From Sedimentisphaerales bacterium (GTDB lineage Bacteria; Planctomycetota; Phycisphaerae; Sedimentisphaerales; Anaerobacaceae), in contig JAXGYC010000007.1 of NCBI GenBank assembly GCA_040772485.1, forward strand, positions 32,001 to 96,000: a stretch of DNA of 64,000 nucleotides, given 5' to 3'. Position 1 is the first letter of the stretch. Each line of letters opens with the position of its first letter. A program made the translations under genes and the position numbers. Of this stretch, positions 48,301 to 58,733 are shown piece by piece. The notes beneath the pieces were generated by a model. The model was not told where the DNA came from. It did no database searches and saw only the letters and a list, made by a program, of their open reading frames with translations.

Positions 48301-51300
48301 ATGTATAGAAGAATCTCGTTCATTCTCGTTGCCGCTCTGCTCGTCCGCACGTTCGCGAGGGACGCCGCGACGGCACAGACCTCCGACGCGGTCCTGACGG
48401 GCGCGCCGCCCTGCTACGTGGTGATCGCCGTCGACGTCTCGGGTGGCATGGACCGGGCAGACACCCCCGCCGACGACGGTCGGGGTCGGCGAGTCACGCT
48501 CCGCGCCGATGCGCAACTGATCGCCATGCAGTTCCTGCCATACCTCTACTCCGACCTCCACATCGGAGTGTGCCATTTCTCCGACCGCGTCCGGTACAGC
48601 CTGCCCAGCGAGGAAACGGCGCCGCTGCTGGCCTGGGGCGGCAGTTACCTCAACGAGGCCGCCTGCCGCAACATGGTGCGCGATCCGGCGTTCACGGGGA
48701 GCTTCTATGCCGAGCTCGATCAGGGCCTGGACTGGGCGCTGACGCGGATTCAGGCGGCACGACGGCAGCACGGCAACGGTCCGGGCAAGATCATCCTCCT
48801 CAGCCGCGGCGATCCGCGCGATGCGGCGCGGGACATCAGGACCGGCGGCCCCCTGCTCAATGCGGCCACGAGACTCGCCCGCCAGGACGTTCGCGTGTAC
48901 CCCGTGATCGTCAACCGAGCGTCCTATCGCACCGGGGCCGGCGTCGGCGACACGCCGTCGTCGGAACGAACGGCAGAGCAGATGATGGCGGCGCTGGCCT
49001 CGCTGACCGGCGGCAAGGCCTATCGCATCACGCGCACGATGGGGCTGCCCGACATCCTGATGGATGTCTTCGGCCTGGGCGCGGCGCTGGCCGAAAAGGC
49101 CGCGATCAGCCGATACGACTGGGCGACCGTGATCGTCGGTCGCACGCCGGCGGCCCTGAGCATCGCGCCGCCCGCAGACGCAGTGGACGCACAGACACGC
49201 GTCTGGGCCCTCGATGCACGGCTGGAGGCAGACGCGGGCATTCGCAGCAACAGCGTGACCAGCAGCCAGTGGCAGGCGACGGTTCTTCGCCGGCCCGACA
49301 CGATGGAGCGAGCCTGGGAGGGACACTGGACGCTCTCGCCGCCGGCCGGGGCGCGCCTCTATCGCATACCCGACTTCGTCGTGCAACTGGAACCTCGGCC
49401 CGCATCGCCCTGGTGGGTGTATGAACAGGGACAGATCACCGCGCACGTGGTCGATCGTCACAAAGGGACTTCCATCCGCACGAGCGATCCGGCGGGCGCT
49501 CTGTCGGTCCGCCTGACCTTCGCGTCTCAGGGTCAGAGCGAGCCGTCGCCTCTGGACGGCGGGCAGTGGACGGCCCCTTCGCGGCTCTACGAGAGCGATC
49601 TCTTCACCATCGGAGTCTTCGGGCTGTACGAGTTTCGAGGCGAGTTGCTCCACCGGATCGGCGATGCGGACGTCTCGCTGGCCGATGCGACGAGCGAAGT
49701 GCTGGTGCATCCGCCCTGCGTTCGTCTGAGCGCTGTCGGGGCATCCGGCGAGGTCCTCGGCTCCGTGTCCGATCTGTCGGAGCCTTTGTCCATCAACCTG
49801 CACGGAGGCCAGTCGGTGGCGTTTCGTCTGGCGCCCGAAGGGACCTCGGGCGCAAAGCCTTTGTCCGGCACGCTCCACGTCGAGCCGCTTGTCCAGACGA
49901 GCTGGACGTTTGAAAAGGACGATCAGGACAATCTCATCGCCGGGCCGATGGAACTGCCCGAAGGCGAGATGCAAATCTCCGGCTGGGCCGAGGCGCAGGT
50001 CGAGACGTCCGCCGGTGTCATGCCGTTCCGCCTGCCCCGCTTCGAACTGGCCTATGGACCGGCGCCGGTGCGAGTCGAGTGCGCCTTCACCGATCCGCGC
50101 CAAGCGGTGTGGGTGGGCGAGCTTCACCGCCAGTTGGTGACGGTCTCGGCGTTTCCGGTCTTCGAAGCCGACCGCGAGCGAGTCGCACAAATGTTCCCCG
50201 AGACGCTCAGCGGCGCGCGACTGCGAACGGTGGACCTGACCAGTAACACGGCGCAGGTGATGACACCCCGCGTTCGCCTGGTGGGCGTGCCGAAGCCGAC
50301 CGGCTACAAGGGACGCGCGCTGGCGGCGACGTATGCTCTCGAGTCCGAGGTTCCGTTGCCCCGCGCCGACCGGTGCGAGATCAGCCTCGACGGGACGATC
50401 GAAGGCCTCCAGGGGGCCGTGAAGACCTACGCGGTCGTCGACCCGATCGCGACGGGCCTGCTGCGATGGGCCCTTTATCAGCCGCCCGGCGAGGCGCCGG
50501 CCCAGGGCCTGGCGGAGACGCTCTACTGCGGCGAGCCGGTCCGCTTCACGACCCAATGGCAACCCGGCCAGGATATCTCGTCGGTTCGTCTGGAGCTGAC
50601 GCGTCCCGGCGCGGACGGACCCGTGAGCCTGAGCGTGACTCCTGCCGCGGGCGAGCGCCAGGCGTCGTTCGAGCAGACTCTGCCCGAGCCCCTGCAATCG
50701 GGACAGACGTATCCGGCGCACGTGTACGTGGTCACAAAGCCGCCTGCGGCGGCAACGCCGGTCGAGATCAAGCTCGACGCCGGACGGGTCCACGCGCGCG
50801 ACCGGCGCCTGCTGCTGGAGGAGCTGAGCATCGGAGAAGAAACCGGCCGGGACGTGGCGTGCCATACATGGGAGCCGGTCCGAATCCCGCTGCGCATCGT
50901 GTTCGGCGGTTACATCGCGGGCAACTCGCAACACAGCGAGCGGATCGATCAGGTCAAGACCTCGTGCCGCGTGACGGTGACCTCGCCCTTCGGCGACGTG
51001 CAGGACGTCAGCGACTCGATCGAATGGACGGCGCTGACTCCCAGCGACACGCGCCAGGGCCGGGCCACACGATGCGAGCTGAAGGGATACACCCCGTACG
51101 TTCCGCGCAACATCGGACGGGCGGCGGTGGAGATGCGCATCGAGTTTGCGAGGGAACAGGCCGCACCCGCAACGGAACGCGCCTCCGGCCATCTGGCGAT
51201 CAGGGAGCCTCGACTGGCTCTAAGCGTGCAGCGTCTCACATCGTCCGGTCAGAGTTCTCTGTTCGATTCGCAAATCTGGGCGACCGGTTCCGGCGGCTTG

Positions 51301-52995
51301 TCGGCGGTGACGACACAGCTTTCCACGCGTCTGCAAATCGCCGTCCGCCCGGTCAACTGGACCACGGCGCCGCCGGGCATGTCGCTGCGCGTGCTGCGAC
51401 GTCCGACGCCGGAGGCGCCATGGACAACCGCGTTCTCCGTGGAGGGCGACCTCGCCGGCGGCTTGCTGACGCGCGAGGCCCAGGTCGGCGACAACGGTCA
51501 ATATGCGGTGGAGATGGTCGGGCGTGATCCGCAATCCGGCCAGATCGTCGCCAGCCTGACGACGCCCGTGCTATTGTCGATCCAGCCGCACGAAGTCGTC
51601 CCGGTCCTGGCGCCGGCGGCGTGGATCACACCCGGCGTGCGGCAATGGCCGTTCGAATACCGTGTCACTGTCCGCAAGGAGACCGCCGGCGCGCCGCAGG
51701 TTGCTGCGATGGCCTTCGAATTCCAGTTGCCCTCGGCCCGGCCCGTCTGGCAGGAAGGAAGCGTTCACGCGATCGAATCGGGCGCCGACGAGGCCGTGCC
51801 GCTCTCGTTGAAAAGCCCGGAGCTGCTGGCTCCGCTGGAGGACCCCGCCAGTGGCAGCGTGCAGTTCCGACTGTCGTCCCAGGGCCAGGAGCTGGTTCGC
51901 TGGGAGCATCCGAACGTGCGCGTTCTGCCGCCGGTGCTGGAGCGGCTGGCCTTTCGGGGCAACCGGACCGGCGCCGAGATCGAGTCGGCCGCAGGGCGTA
52001 TCGATTTCAACGGTTCGACGGCGCTGTGGGCCAGGCCCGTCTTCCGCGCAGCGCCGGAACTGACCGCCCAGTGGTCCCAAGGCCCAACGACCGTCTACCT
52101 GTGGCCGGCCCGCGACCGCGATGCACCCGGCCAGCCGCCGTCTTCGCAACTCATACAGGAGTTGAAGACGAAAAGCCCTTCGACCCAGGCGTTCAGCGTG
52201 GAAAGCAGCAAGGCGGAACCCGCGGCGAGGATTCTCCCCCGACTGGGCCATCGGGGCTTCTGGGGCTGGCCCAGGCCCGCGACGACGCACCGATATGCCG
52301 TCGTCGGCTGCGCGACCTATGCGATGCCGGGGTCTGGCGAGGGGATGCAGATCTCCGAATGGACCGATGTCACGTTCGTGACCATTGCGACCCCCAAGAT
52401 CACGCCGTGGTGCTGGTGGGCGCTGCTGGGCGCGGCGGTGCTGCTGGCGGCGGCGTTCGTGCTGAAGTTGCTGGCCCCTCGTCCCAGCCGGCTCGGTCTG
52501 GACGTCCGGCTCGCGGAGAATATCGCCACCGTGGAACCGGTATCGTTCCACAGCCCCGTGGTCATCGACCTGCGGGAGACGCCCCTGCGGACCGACATCG
52601 ACCTGCACGTCGCGCACGCGATGAGCCGCTCGAAGACGACCGGCGTTGGGCCGCTGGTTGCGGTGATCGCCTCGGCGGGCGTCGTGCTCCGGCGCGCGGT
52701 CTATCCGCGACGGTGGGCGTGGGCGTTGATTACGCCGCGAATCGGCGCCGGCGCCCGGCACGTAGAGAAAGGACTGCTGTGCGTCTGGACGGGGCCGTTG
52801 GCCAGGCGAGGCCGGGTGTGGTCGCAGCAGACCGGCGCGATCCCAATCCCGAATCCGGGGCAGGCCGCGTCGATCAGCCTGGACCTGCCCTATCAGATGG
52901 ATGGAACCGCCCGATCGATACGGGTCAGCGTGCGAATCCGAAACGGTGAGCCGCCCAGCCCGGTCGAGACGGTCGAGTCACAAATGGGTGTATGA
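48301..52995 (+). CDS. Giant secreted, membrane-anchored vWA-domain protein
   Basis: Signal peptide, VVIAVDVSGGM, KIILLSRG, LASLTGGKAY; long beta-rich region; TM helix near the C-terminus. Confidence 0.8.
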   Translation: MYRRISFILVAALLVRTFARDAATAQTSDAVLTGAPPCYVVIAVDVSGGMDRADTPADDGRGRRVTLRADAQLIAMQFLPYLYSDLHIGVCHFSDRVRYSLPSEETAPLLAWGGSYLNEAACRNMVRDPAFTGSFYAELDQGLDWALTRIQAARRQHGNGPGKIILLSRGDPRDAARDIRTGGPLLNAATRLARQDVRVYPVIVNRASYRTGAGVGDTPSSERTAEQMMAALASLTGGKAYRITRTMGLPDILMDVFGLGAALAEKAAISRYDWATVIVGRTPAALSIAPPADAVDAQTRVWALDARLEADAGIRSNSVTSSQWQATVLRRPDTMERAWEGHWTLSPPAGARLYRIPDFVVQLEPRPASPWWVYEQGQITAHVVDRHKGTSIRTSDPAGALSVRLTFASQGQSEPSPLDGGQWTAPSRLYESDLFTIGVFGLYEFRGELLHRIGDADVSLADATSEVLVHPPCVRLSAVGASGEVLGSVSDLSEPLSINLHGGQSVAFRLAPEGTSGAKPLSGTLHVEPLVQTSWTFEKDDQDNLIAGPMELPEGEMQISGWAEAQVETSAGVMPFRLPRFELAYGPAPVRVECAFTDPRQAVWVGELHRQLVTVSAFPVFEADRERVAQMFPETLSGARLRTVDLTSNTAQVMTPRVRLVGVPKPTGYKGRALAATYALESEVPLPRADRCEISLDGTIEGLQGAVKTYAVVDPIATGLLRWALYQPPGEAPAQGLAETLYCGEPVRFTTQWQPGQDISSVRLELTRPGADGPVSLSVTPAAGERQASFEQTLPEPLQSGQTYPAHVYVVTKPPAAATPVEIKLDAGRVHARDRRLLLEELSIGEETGRDVACHTWEPVRIPLRIVFGGYIAGNSQHSERIDQVKTSCRVTVTSPFGDVQDVSDSIEWTALTPSDTRQGRATRCELKGYTPYVPRNIGRAAVEMRIEFAREQAAPATERASGHLAIREPRLALSVQRLTSSGQSSLFDSQIWATGSGGLSAVTTQLSTRLQIAVRPVNWTTAPPGMSLRVLRRPTPEAPWTTAFSVEGDLAGGLLTREAQVGDNGQYAVEMVGRDPQSGQIVASLTTPVLLSIQPHEVVPVLAPAAWITPGVRQWPFEYRVTVRKETAGAPQVAAMAFEFQLPSARPVWQEGSVHAIESGADEAVPLSLKSPELLAPLEDPASGSVQFRLSSQGQELVRWEHPNVRVLPPVLERLAFRGNRTGAEIESAAGRIDFNGSTALWARPVFRAAPELTAQWSQGPTTVYLWPARDRDAPGQPPSSQLIQELKTKSPSTQAFSVESSKAEPAARILPRLGHRGFWGWPRPATTHRYAVVGCATYAMPGSGEGMQISEWTDVTFVTIATPKITPWCWWALLGAAVLLAAAFVLKLLAPRPSRLGLDVRLAENIATVEPVSFHSPVVIDLRETPLRTDIDLHVAHAMSRSKTTGVGPLVAVIASAGVVLRRAVYPRRWAWALITPRIGAGARHVEKGLLCVWTGPLARRGRVWSQQTGAIPIPNPGQAASISLDLPYQMDGTARSIRVSVRIRNGEPPSPVETVESQMGV

Positions 52996-53044
52996 ACGCG
53001 AATGACAATCGAAAGTCGCCGAAGAAGACGCGAGGAAACAGACC

Positions 53045-55963
53045 ATGCGACTGAGTGACAGTCCTATCATCGTACGCCCGACGCTGATCGTCGGTCTGGG
53101 GGGCACCGGGGTGCTCGTCTGCCAGTGGGTCGAGCACTACATTCGCGAACTGCTGGGCACCGTCCCGCCGTTCATCCGCTTCCTGAAGCTCGACACCGAC
53201 GCCTCCGACGACGGCGGCCCGCCCGAGGGCATCCTGTCGGACTTCATCAACCTGTTTCACTATCTCGACGTCGGCGAGGTCGTGCGGGACAACGCGAGCT
53301 TTCCGGAGTTCCATCCGCATCTGGACTGGATGCGCGGCTTCCGCGAGGACGCCACCTTCGCCGATTACGGCTGCCAGGGCATCCCGCGCCTCGGACGCCT
53401 CGTGTTCTTCGAGCTGCGCGAGAGCATCATCCACGAGGCGGCGGCCACGCGGTTCAGCAGCCTCCGCACGAGCACGCAGCAGCCTCTGGACGAGAACGGA
53501 GGCCCCTTCGTTCTGGCTTCCGACGGCGCGCCGGTGGTCCACATTGCCAGCAGCGTGTGCGGCGGGACCGGCGCCGGGATGCTCATCGACATGGCGTACA
53601 ACCTGCGGTGGTGGTCGCGGGAGTCGTTCCCGAAGCCGGCGGAGATCGTCGGCCACCTGCTGCTGCCCGACGCCTTTCGTATCGACCCGATGCTGCGGCC
53701 GAAGCTCGAAGCGACCGCGTGTGCGACGCTGGACCAGATCGAGTTTCTCAGCGACGAACGGCGTTCGGACATCCGCGTCCGTTACCGCACGGACCGCAGC
53801 GGAGAGGACTGCTTCCGGCGGGACACGGGACCGTTCAACTTCCTCTACCTGCTCAACGGCCAGGTCGACATGGGCAGCGGCGACCGCAAGCACCTGGTCC
53901 GGCTGATCGCTCGGGCGCTGCGGGCGCTGACGGTCGAGCCGCTGAGCCAGCAGGTGCGCTCGGACGCCAACAACAAGCTGGCGGAGATTCTGCCGCAGCG
54001 CGATCCGGTGAACAACCATCGGCAATGCTTTTCGAGCTACGGTTTCTGGTGCGGCGTGCCGGGACACCGAACGCACAACATTCAGTCGCGCGTCCTGGCC
54101 GACCTGGAGAACCTCAACGCCGGCCAGAACAACGGGCGGCCCCACTATCGCCGACAGGTGCAGCAGCGAATCGCCAACAGCGCCGGATTCGCCCCTTCGG
54201 CGAAAGAGCTTGTCCCGCCGACGATCTCTTTCCCCTGGGAGCCGTCGGGCAAGGGGACATCGCCCGAGGTCGTCTCCAGCGTGCTCGCCAGTCTCCGCCG
54301 TCACCTGGAGGTCTCGCTCGTTCCGCTGGCGCGAAAGGAGGCAGAGAAACTCGTCGCTCCGCACAAGCCCATCGAGGCGCTGCTCGCGGCGGTGGACGAG
54401 ATGATCGAAGAGGATTTCTTCAACGCCGAGCCGTTGCAGCCGCTCAACCAGATCGGCGCCTGCCTGGACGCCTGGACCGAGGCGGTCGAGGCGATGCTCG
54501 CTCACAAGCAGACATCCGCTCCGACCAACATCAACGCCGTGGTCGCGGACATCCTCACGCAGGCCCGCAGTGCGATGGAAACGCTGGCGGTCCGCGTGCC
54601 GGCCCTGTCCTGGACGTCGAGCGACGTGGTGCCGGCGATCGACAAGACCATCGACGCCTGCTGGCCGCCGATGGCCGAGGCGCTGCTCCACGAACACCTG
54701 ACCGAATCGCTCAAGACCACCGCGCGCGTTTTGCGGGTCCGCAAGCAGTCCCTCGACGCGGTCATTGCCCTGGCATGGCAACGCAAGTCGCTGGTCGAGC
54801 AGACCGGCGGCAACGGTGACGCCGTGACGGACGTGGGAACCGCCTCACCGCTTCCGGCCGGACGCGACCGCGAGGCGGATTTCTTCTCGACCCCGCTGTG
54901 TCTACCGCTGGAATCCGAGGAGGCGCTGGATGCGGTCGCCGCCAGAGACTTCCGGCAGAGCCTGATCAAGCCCGTCCTGACCTCGTGTATCCTGTCCATC
55001 CGCGAGCCGAAAACGGAACTGGCGGAGGTCCGCGTTGTGGAGGATCGGCTGGCCGAAAGCCTCGCCCGGCTGTTGGAGGGCATGAAACGCTTTCTGAACG
55101 ACATCGAACATCATAGCTGGGACCTGTTCCGGAATGGTCCGTCGGCAAGTCAGTCGATCAACGACCATCCCTACTACCGGAGCATCTGCGAGATATGGCG
55201 CCTGGCCGAGCCGAAGATCGATCTGGACAAGTCGCGCAAGTACGCCTCGCCGCTGTCGGTGGCCGTCGCCCAGCAGGTCGTCGGGTCTTGCGTTCCGACG
55301 CTCCTGACGCACAACATGGAGGTCAGCCTTCGCGAGGCGGGCGTCACCGAGGCGTGCAATCAACACACCGGCGAATGGCTCCAGCTCATGCGACTGAGCT
55401 ACGGTTTCTGTCTGGAGGCAATCAGCCGCTACAGCAAGTACGTCGCGGCCACCGACGAATACGTCCGGCGGATGGGATTCGAGTTCTCCGACCTGTGGCT
55501 GGACAAGAACTGGTACACCGCCTTCCAGAGCGCCCTGGCCGAGTGGCGGGACCAGTCGAGCCGACAGGGCAACCTGCTCGAACGACAGATTTACGAGGCC
55601 GGCGCCGCCAAGGTGGGCTCCTTCCGCCGGATGACCGAGACCGTGAACGAGCGGCTGCGGCAGCAACTGCGCTCCCTGAGCGACCCGGCCACGTGCATCC
55701 GCTTGGCCGAGCTTCAGGGCGGCACGAATTCGCGGATCGATCTGATTCTCCAGGAGATCGCCCTGACCGATTGCGACGCGGTGCAGGGAGGCTTGAGCAG
55801 GGGTCTGGCGCTGCTGGAGCACGTGGTCGAGCAGGTCGAGCAGTGCATCGAGACGGTCCCGCAAAGCGAGCAGAAGATCGCCAGGGACGTGCTCGGCGCC
55901 TGCCGCGAGGACCTAAGGAGGTTCAAGGAAGAGGTGGACGTTGCCGACGTGGTGAATTTCTGA
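53045..55963 (+). CDS. Tubulin/FtsZ-like GTPase-domain protein (Tubulin_2/FtsZl1 type)
   Basis: LIVGLGGTG, LDTD, G..RLGRL, SSVCGGTGAGMLID; long helical C-terminus. Confidence 0.88.
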   Translation: MRLSDSPIIVRPTLIVGLGGTGVLVCQWVEHYIRELLGTVPPFIRFLKLDTDASDDGGPPEGILSDFINLFHYLDVGEVVRDNASFPEFHPHLDWMRGFREDATFADYGCQGIPRLGRLVFFELRESIIHEAAATRFSSLRTSTQQPLDENGGPFVLASDGAPVVHIASSVCGGTGAGMLIDMAYNLRWWSRESFPKPAEIVGHLLLPDAFRIDPMLRPKLEATACATLDQIEFLSDERRSDIRVRYRTDRSGEDCFRRDTGPFNFLYLLNGQVDMGSGDRKHLVRLIARALRALTVEPLSQQVRSDANNKLAEILPQRDPVNNHRQCFSSYGFWCGVPGHRTHNIQSRVLADLENLNAGQNNGRPHYRRQVQQRIANSAGFAPSAKELVPPTISFPWEPSGKGTSPEVVSSVLASLRRHLEVSLVPLARKEAEKLVAPHKPIEALLAAVDEMIEEDFFNAEPLQPLNQIGACLDAWTEAVEAMLAHKQTSAPTNINAVVADILTQARSAMETLAVRVPALSWTSSDVVPAIDKTIDACWPPMAEALLHEHLTESLKTTARVLRVRKQSLDAVIALAWQRKSLVEQTGGNGDAVTDVGTASPLPAGRDREADFFSTPLCLPLESEEALDAVAARDFRQSLIKPVLTSCILSIREPKTELAEVRVVEDRLAESLARLLEGMKRFLNDIEHHSWDLFRNGPSASQSINDHPYYRSICEIWRLAEPKIDLDKSRKYASPLSVAVAQQVVGSCVPTLLTHNMEVSLREAGVTEACNQHTGEWLQLMRLSYGFCLEAISRYSKYVAATDEYVRRMGFEFSDLWLDKNWYTAFQSALAEWRDQSSRQGNLLERQIYEAGAAKVGSFRRMTETVNERLRQQLRSLSDPATCIRLAELQGGTNSRIDLILQEIALTDCDAVQGGLSRGLALLEHVVEQVEQCIETVPQSEQKIARDVLGACREDLRRFKEEVDVADVVNF

Positions 55964-56000
55964 ACGAGCCGAGATGCTGATGGAAGGCTGGTGAGCGTTC

Positions 56001-58700
56001 GTGAACGGAAATGACACACAAGCGAAAGGAATCGGTCCGGCGCCGATTCTGTTCGTCGCCGTCGGGTGTCGCGCCGAGCAGACGGTGGCCGCGTTTGCCG
56101 AAACGGCCAGGGGCCTGACGGTGCCCGTACAGGGTCCGTTCGCCTTTCTGTCGATCGACCCGGCGGGACGGCGCGTCGCGGCGGGCCACTGGACCTGGCT
56201 TTCCGACTTCGACATTCCGGCCTGCAGCCAGACGAATGGCCTGTCCGAAGAGTCCCTGTCGGCGACCGTCGCGTCGCTGATTCGCACGCTGCACTCGAAG
56301 GAGCCCGCGGCGGATGCGAACCTCCCGGGCCGCGTCCGCATGAGCTCGTACATCCTGATCGATCTGTCGGAGGCCGGCTCGGTCGACCGGGCCTTGCCCG
56401 CGATGGAGCTGCTGCGGACAGGTGATCCGGCCCACGACATGGCGATCGTCGCGCTGACGGGCCGGACCGCGGCGTCCGGCCGCGAACTCGACGATCTCTG
56501 GTTCGAAGCCTGGACCCGCCTGACCGCCCGCCTTCAGGACGATCTGCTCGCCCAGAAGATCTACCTGCTCGACGGACGCGACGCCGGCGGCATGTGGTTC
56601 GAGCGGCCCGAGCAGATGGACCAGTTCGCCGCGCAGTTTCTCCTTCACCATGGGGTGACCTGCCGGGGTCCCCTTCGGCAAAACGAGAGACGCCGCATCA
56701 GCCCGCAGGAGAGTGTCTTGAACGTCTGCGGATCGTTCGGCCTGCGTGCGATCCACCTGAACCTTCCGGAGGTGATCCGCCGCACGGCGCAACGACTGGT
56801 CCACGAGGACCTCGCCGGCCTGTACCAGGAGGTCCTTGCCGAGGAGCGTCGCCGACATATCGACGAAGAAGCGCAGAAGCTCGTCGAACGGATCGAGAGC
56901 ATCTACGAGGCCGCCTCGCAGGCCCGCCCGAGCGACGCCGAGGAGCCGCATGCCGCCGCGTATGAGCTGGTGGTGCGTAACAAGGATGCCTGCGAAGCGA
57001 TCGGCGCCGCCGTCGGACGCATCTGCGGCCGTGCGCCCCTGGCGAGCCTTAGCCATCTTCTCAAGTGCGCCGAACCCCGGCTTCGGTGCCTGCTGACGCG
57101 GCAGAAGCTCGTCGAGCGCCAGCAAGTCCGCAGCCGTGCGGCCGAGATGCTTCGCCGTCAGGATGAACAGACGTATCAACCCATGCAAGTCTGGCTCGGC
57201 AAGACCGAGGACGCTTGGGTGGACCGCTTCACTCCGATCGGCCAGACCAGGACGCAAGCAAGCGTGAGCCGCCCAGCCGGGACGACCGCCTGGCGATTCG
57301 GACTGCTGTTTCTGGTCGTGGGCTTTGTCGGTCTGGCGGCGGGGTTGCTGTCTGAAGAACGCGTCTTCGCCCTCGGAGGGGCCCTGCTGTGCCTGGCCGC
57401 GGCCGTGCTGGCGACTCAGCCCACCGGCTGGACCACGCACAGCAGGACCGTCGTGCCGGAAGGACGCGACGTCGGCAAGGCGGTTCCCGTCGTTTCCTAC
57501 CGCAGGCGTGCCCCGCTGTGGATGCGCTCGCTGGCGATCGCGCTGGCGGCGTGCGGCGTGGTCGCCGTCGCGTGGTCGCTCTGGCCCGATCTGTGGACTG
57601 TGGCCACGGCCCTGCAATCCGGGCTGGCCGCCCTGCTGGCGGTCATCGGCGTCAGCGTGATCCTCACCGGACCGGTTCAGGTTCGCGCCGATCAGCCCAA
57701 GTGCGAAGAGGCGCCCGACCACCTTTGTCCGCCGTTCTGGACCTGGCGCGCGTTCGGGCTGTTGTGCCTGGCGTCGGCATGGCTGGTCCTGTGCCTGCGG
57801 GCGCCGAGCCCTCCTGGGCCCGATGCTTCGCTGCGATGGGGCTGCCACGGGGCGGGTTTGCTGGCGATTGGCGTGGCGGCGGCGCTGGCCCTGAGACCGC
57901 GCGTCGGCCGCGTCCGGCTGATCGAACGCATTCCCAAGGTCCCCGAGCCGCTGGCCGGCGGCATCAGCATCCCGACCCGCGAGAACGATCTGATTCGGGA
58001 GGTCACCGCGGTGGTCCAGTGGATCGACCGGCTCACCCTCGACCCGCGTCAGGCCCTTCTGCGTCAAGGCATGTCCGATGCGACGCCGGGCCGCGAGGTG
58101 CTGTTCGACCTGCTGGCGGCGGATTGGGATCGTCAGTTGGCCGAAGCCTTCCGGCAGACGTTGCGCTCGCGCATCGGACAGTCTCTGCGCGATCTGTCGC
58201 TCGAACCGAAGGCCTGGGCGCAGTGCGTCGTCCGGCACCTCCAGGACCCGCAGGCCCGCAGCTCCGATCTCGGCGTCCTGTTCACGCTCGAGGTGGTCAG
58301 GGTCTGGGTGGATTCTCTGTCCGTGGCCGAACTGGCCGCCTGTGTCCGCCCGGACGCCGAGCGTCTGAGCCATCTGCTGGACCGGGCGGCGATGCCCAAC
58401 TGGCCCGCGCCGCGCGTCGCGCCGGAGGTCGGCATCTCCGTCGCCGCCGTCGGAAGCGCGCTGTGGGGCGCCCTGTCGCCGTTGACCCGGACGGCCGGAC
58501 CGGCCGCCGTGGTCTGCCGCGACTGGGATGCGCAGACAAACGATGTCCTGATTCTCCACATCGTTCAGGGGTTGACCGAAGGCTGGCGCGGTTATCCCGC
58601 CCTGCCGGGGCAGCGCCGTGAGCCGCCGCATCTCGACACGGCGGATTCGACCCTGTCGCCGTCGGAGCAGAGTTCCTCGGCGGCCCCGCAAAGCACGTAG
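56001..58700 (+). CDS. Multi-TM protein with degenerate tubulin-like N-domain
   Basis: ILFVAVG at the GLGG position, IYLLDG, SFG; about 6 central TM helices; C-terminal ILHIVQGL. Confidence 0.65.
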   Translation: MNGNDTQAKGIGPAPILFVAVGCRAEQTVAAFAETARGLTVPVQGPFAFLSIDPAGRRVAAGHWTWLSDFDIPACSQTNGLSEESLSATVASLIRTLHSKEPAADANLPGRVRMSSYILIDLSEAGSVDRALPAMELLRTGDPAHDMAIVALTGRTAASGRELDDLWFEAWTRLTARLQDDLLAQKIYLLDGRDAGGMWFERPEQMDQFAAQFLLHHGVTCRGPLRQNERRRISPQESVLNVCGSFGLRAIHLNLPEVIRRTAQRLVHEDLAGLYQEVLAEERRRHIDEEAQKLVERIESIYEAASQARPSDAEEPHAAAYELVVRNKDACEAIGAAVGRICGRAPLASLSHLLKCAEPRLRCLLTRQKLVERQQVRSRAAEMLRRQDEQTYQPMQVWLGKTEDAWVDRFTPIGQTRTQASVSRPAGTTAWRFGLLFLVVGFVGLAAGLLSEERVFALGGALLCLAAAVLATQPTGWTTHSRTVVPEGRDVGKAVPVVSYRRRAPLWMRSLAIALAACGVVAVAWSLWPDLWTVATALQSGLAALLAVIGVSVILTGPVQVRADQPKCEEAPDHLCPPFWTWRAFGLLCLASAWLVLCLRAPSPPGPDASLRWGCHGAGLLAIGVAAALALRPRVGRVRLIERIPKVPEPLAGGISIPTRENDLIREVTAVVQWIDRLTLDPRQALLRQGMSDATPGREVLFDLLAADWDRQLAEAFRQTLRSRIGQSLRDLSLEPKAWAQCVVRHLQDPQARSSDLGVLFTLEVVRVWVDSLSVAELAACVRPDAERLSHLLDRAAMPNWPAPRVAPEVGISVAAVGSALWGALSPLTRTAGPAAVVCRDWDAQTNDVLILHIVQGLTEGWRGYPALPGQRREPPHLDTADSTLSPSEQSSSAAPQST

Positions 58701-58733
58701 CCATCGCCGGACGGTGCGACGAATCGGCGGGCG

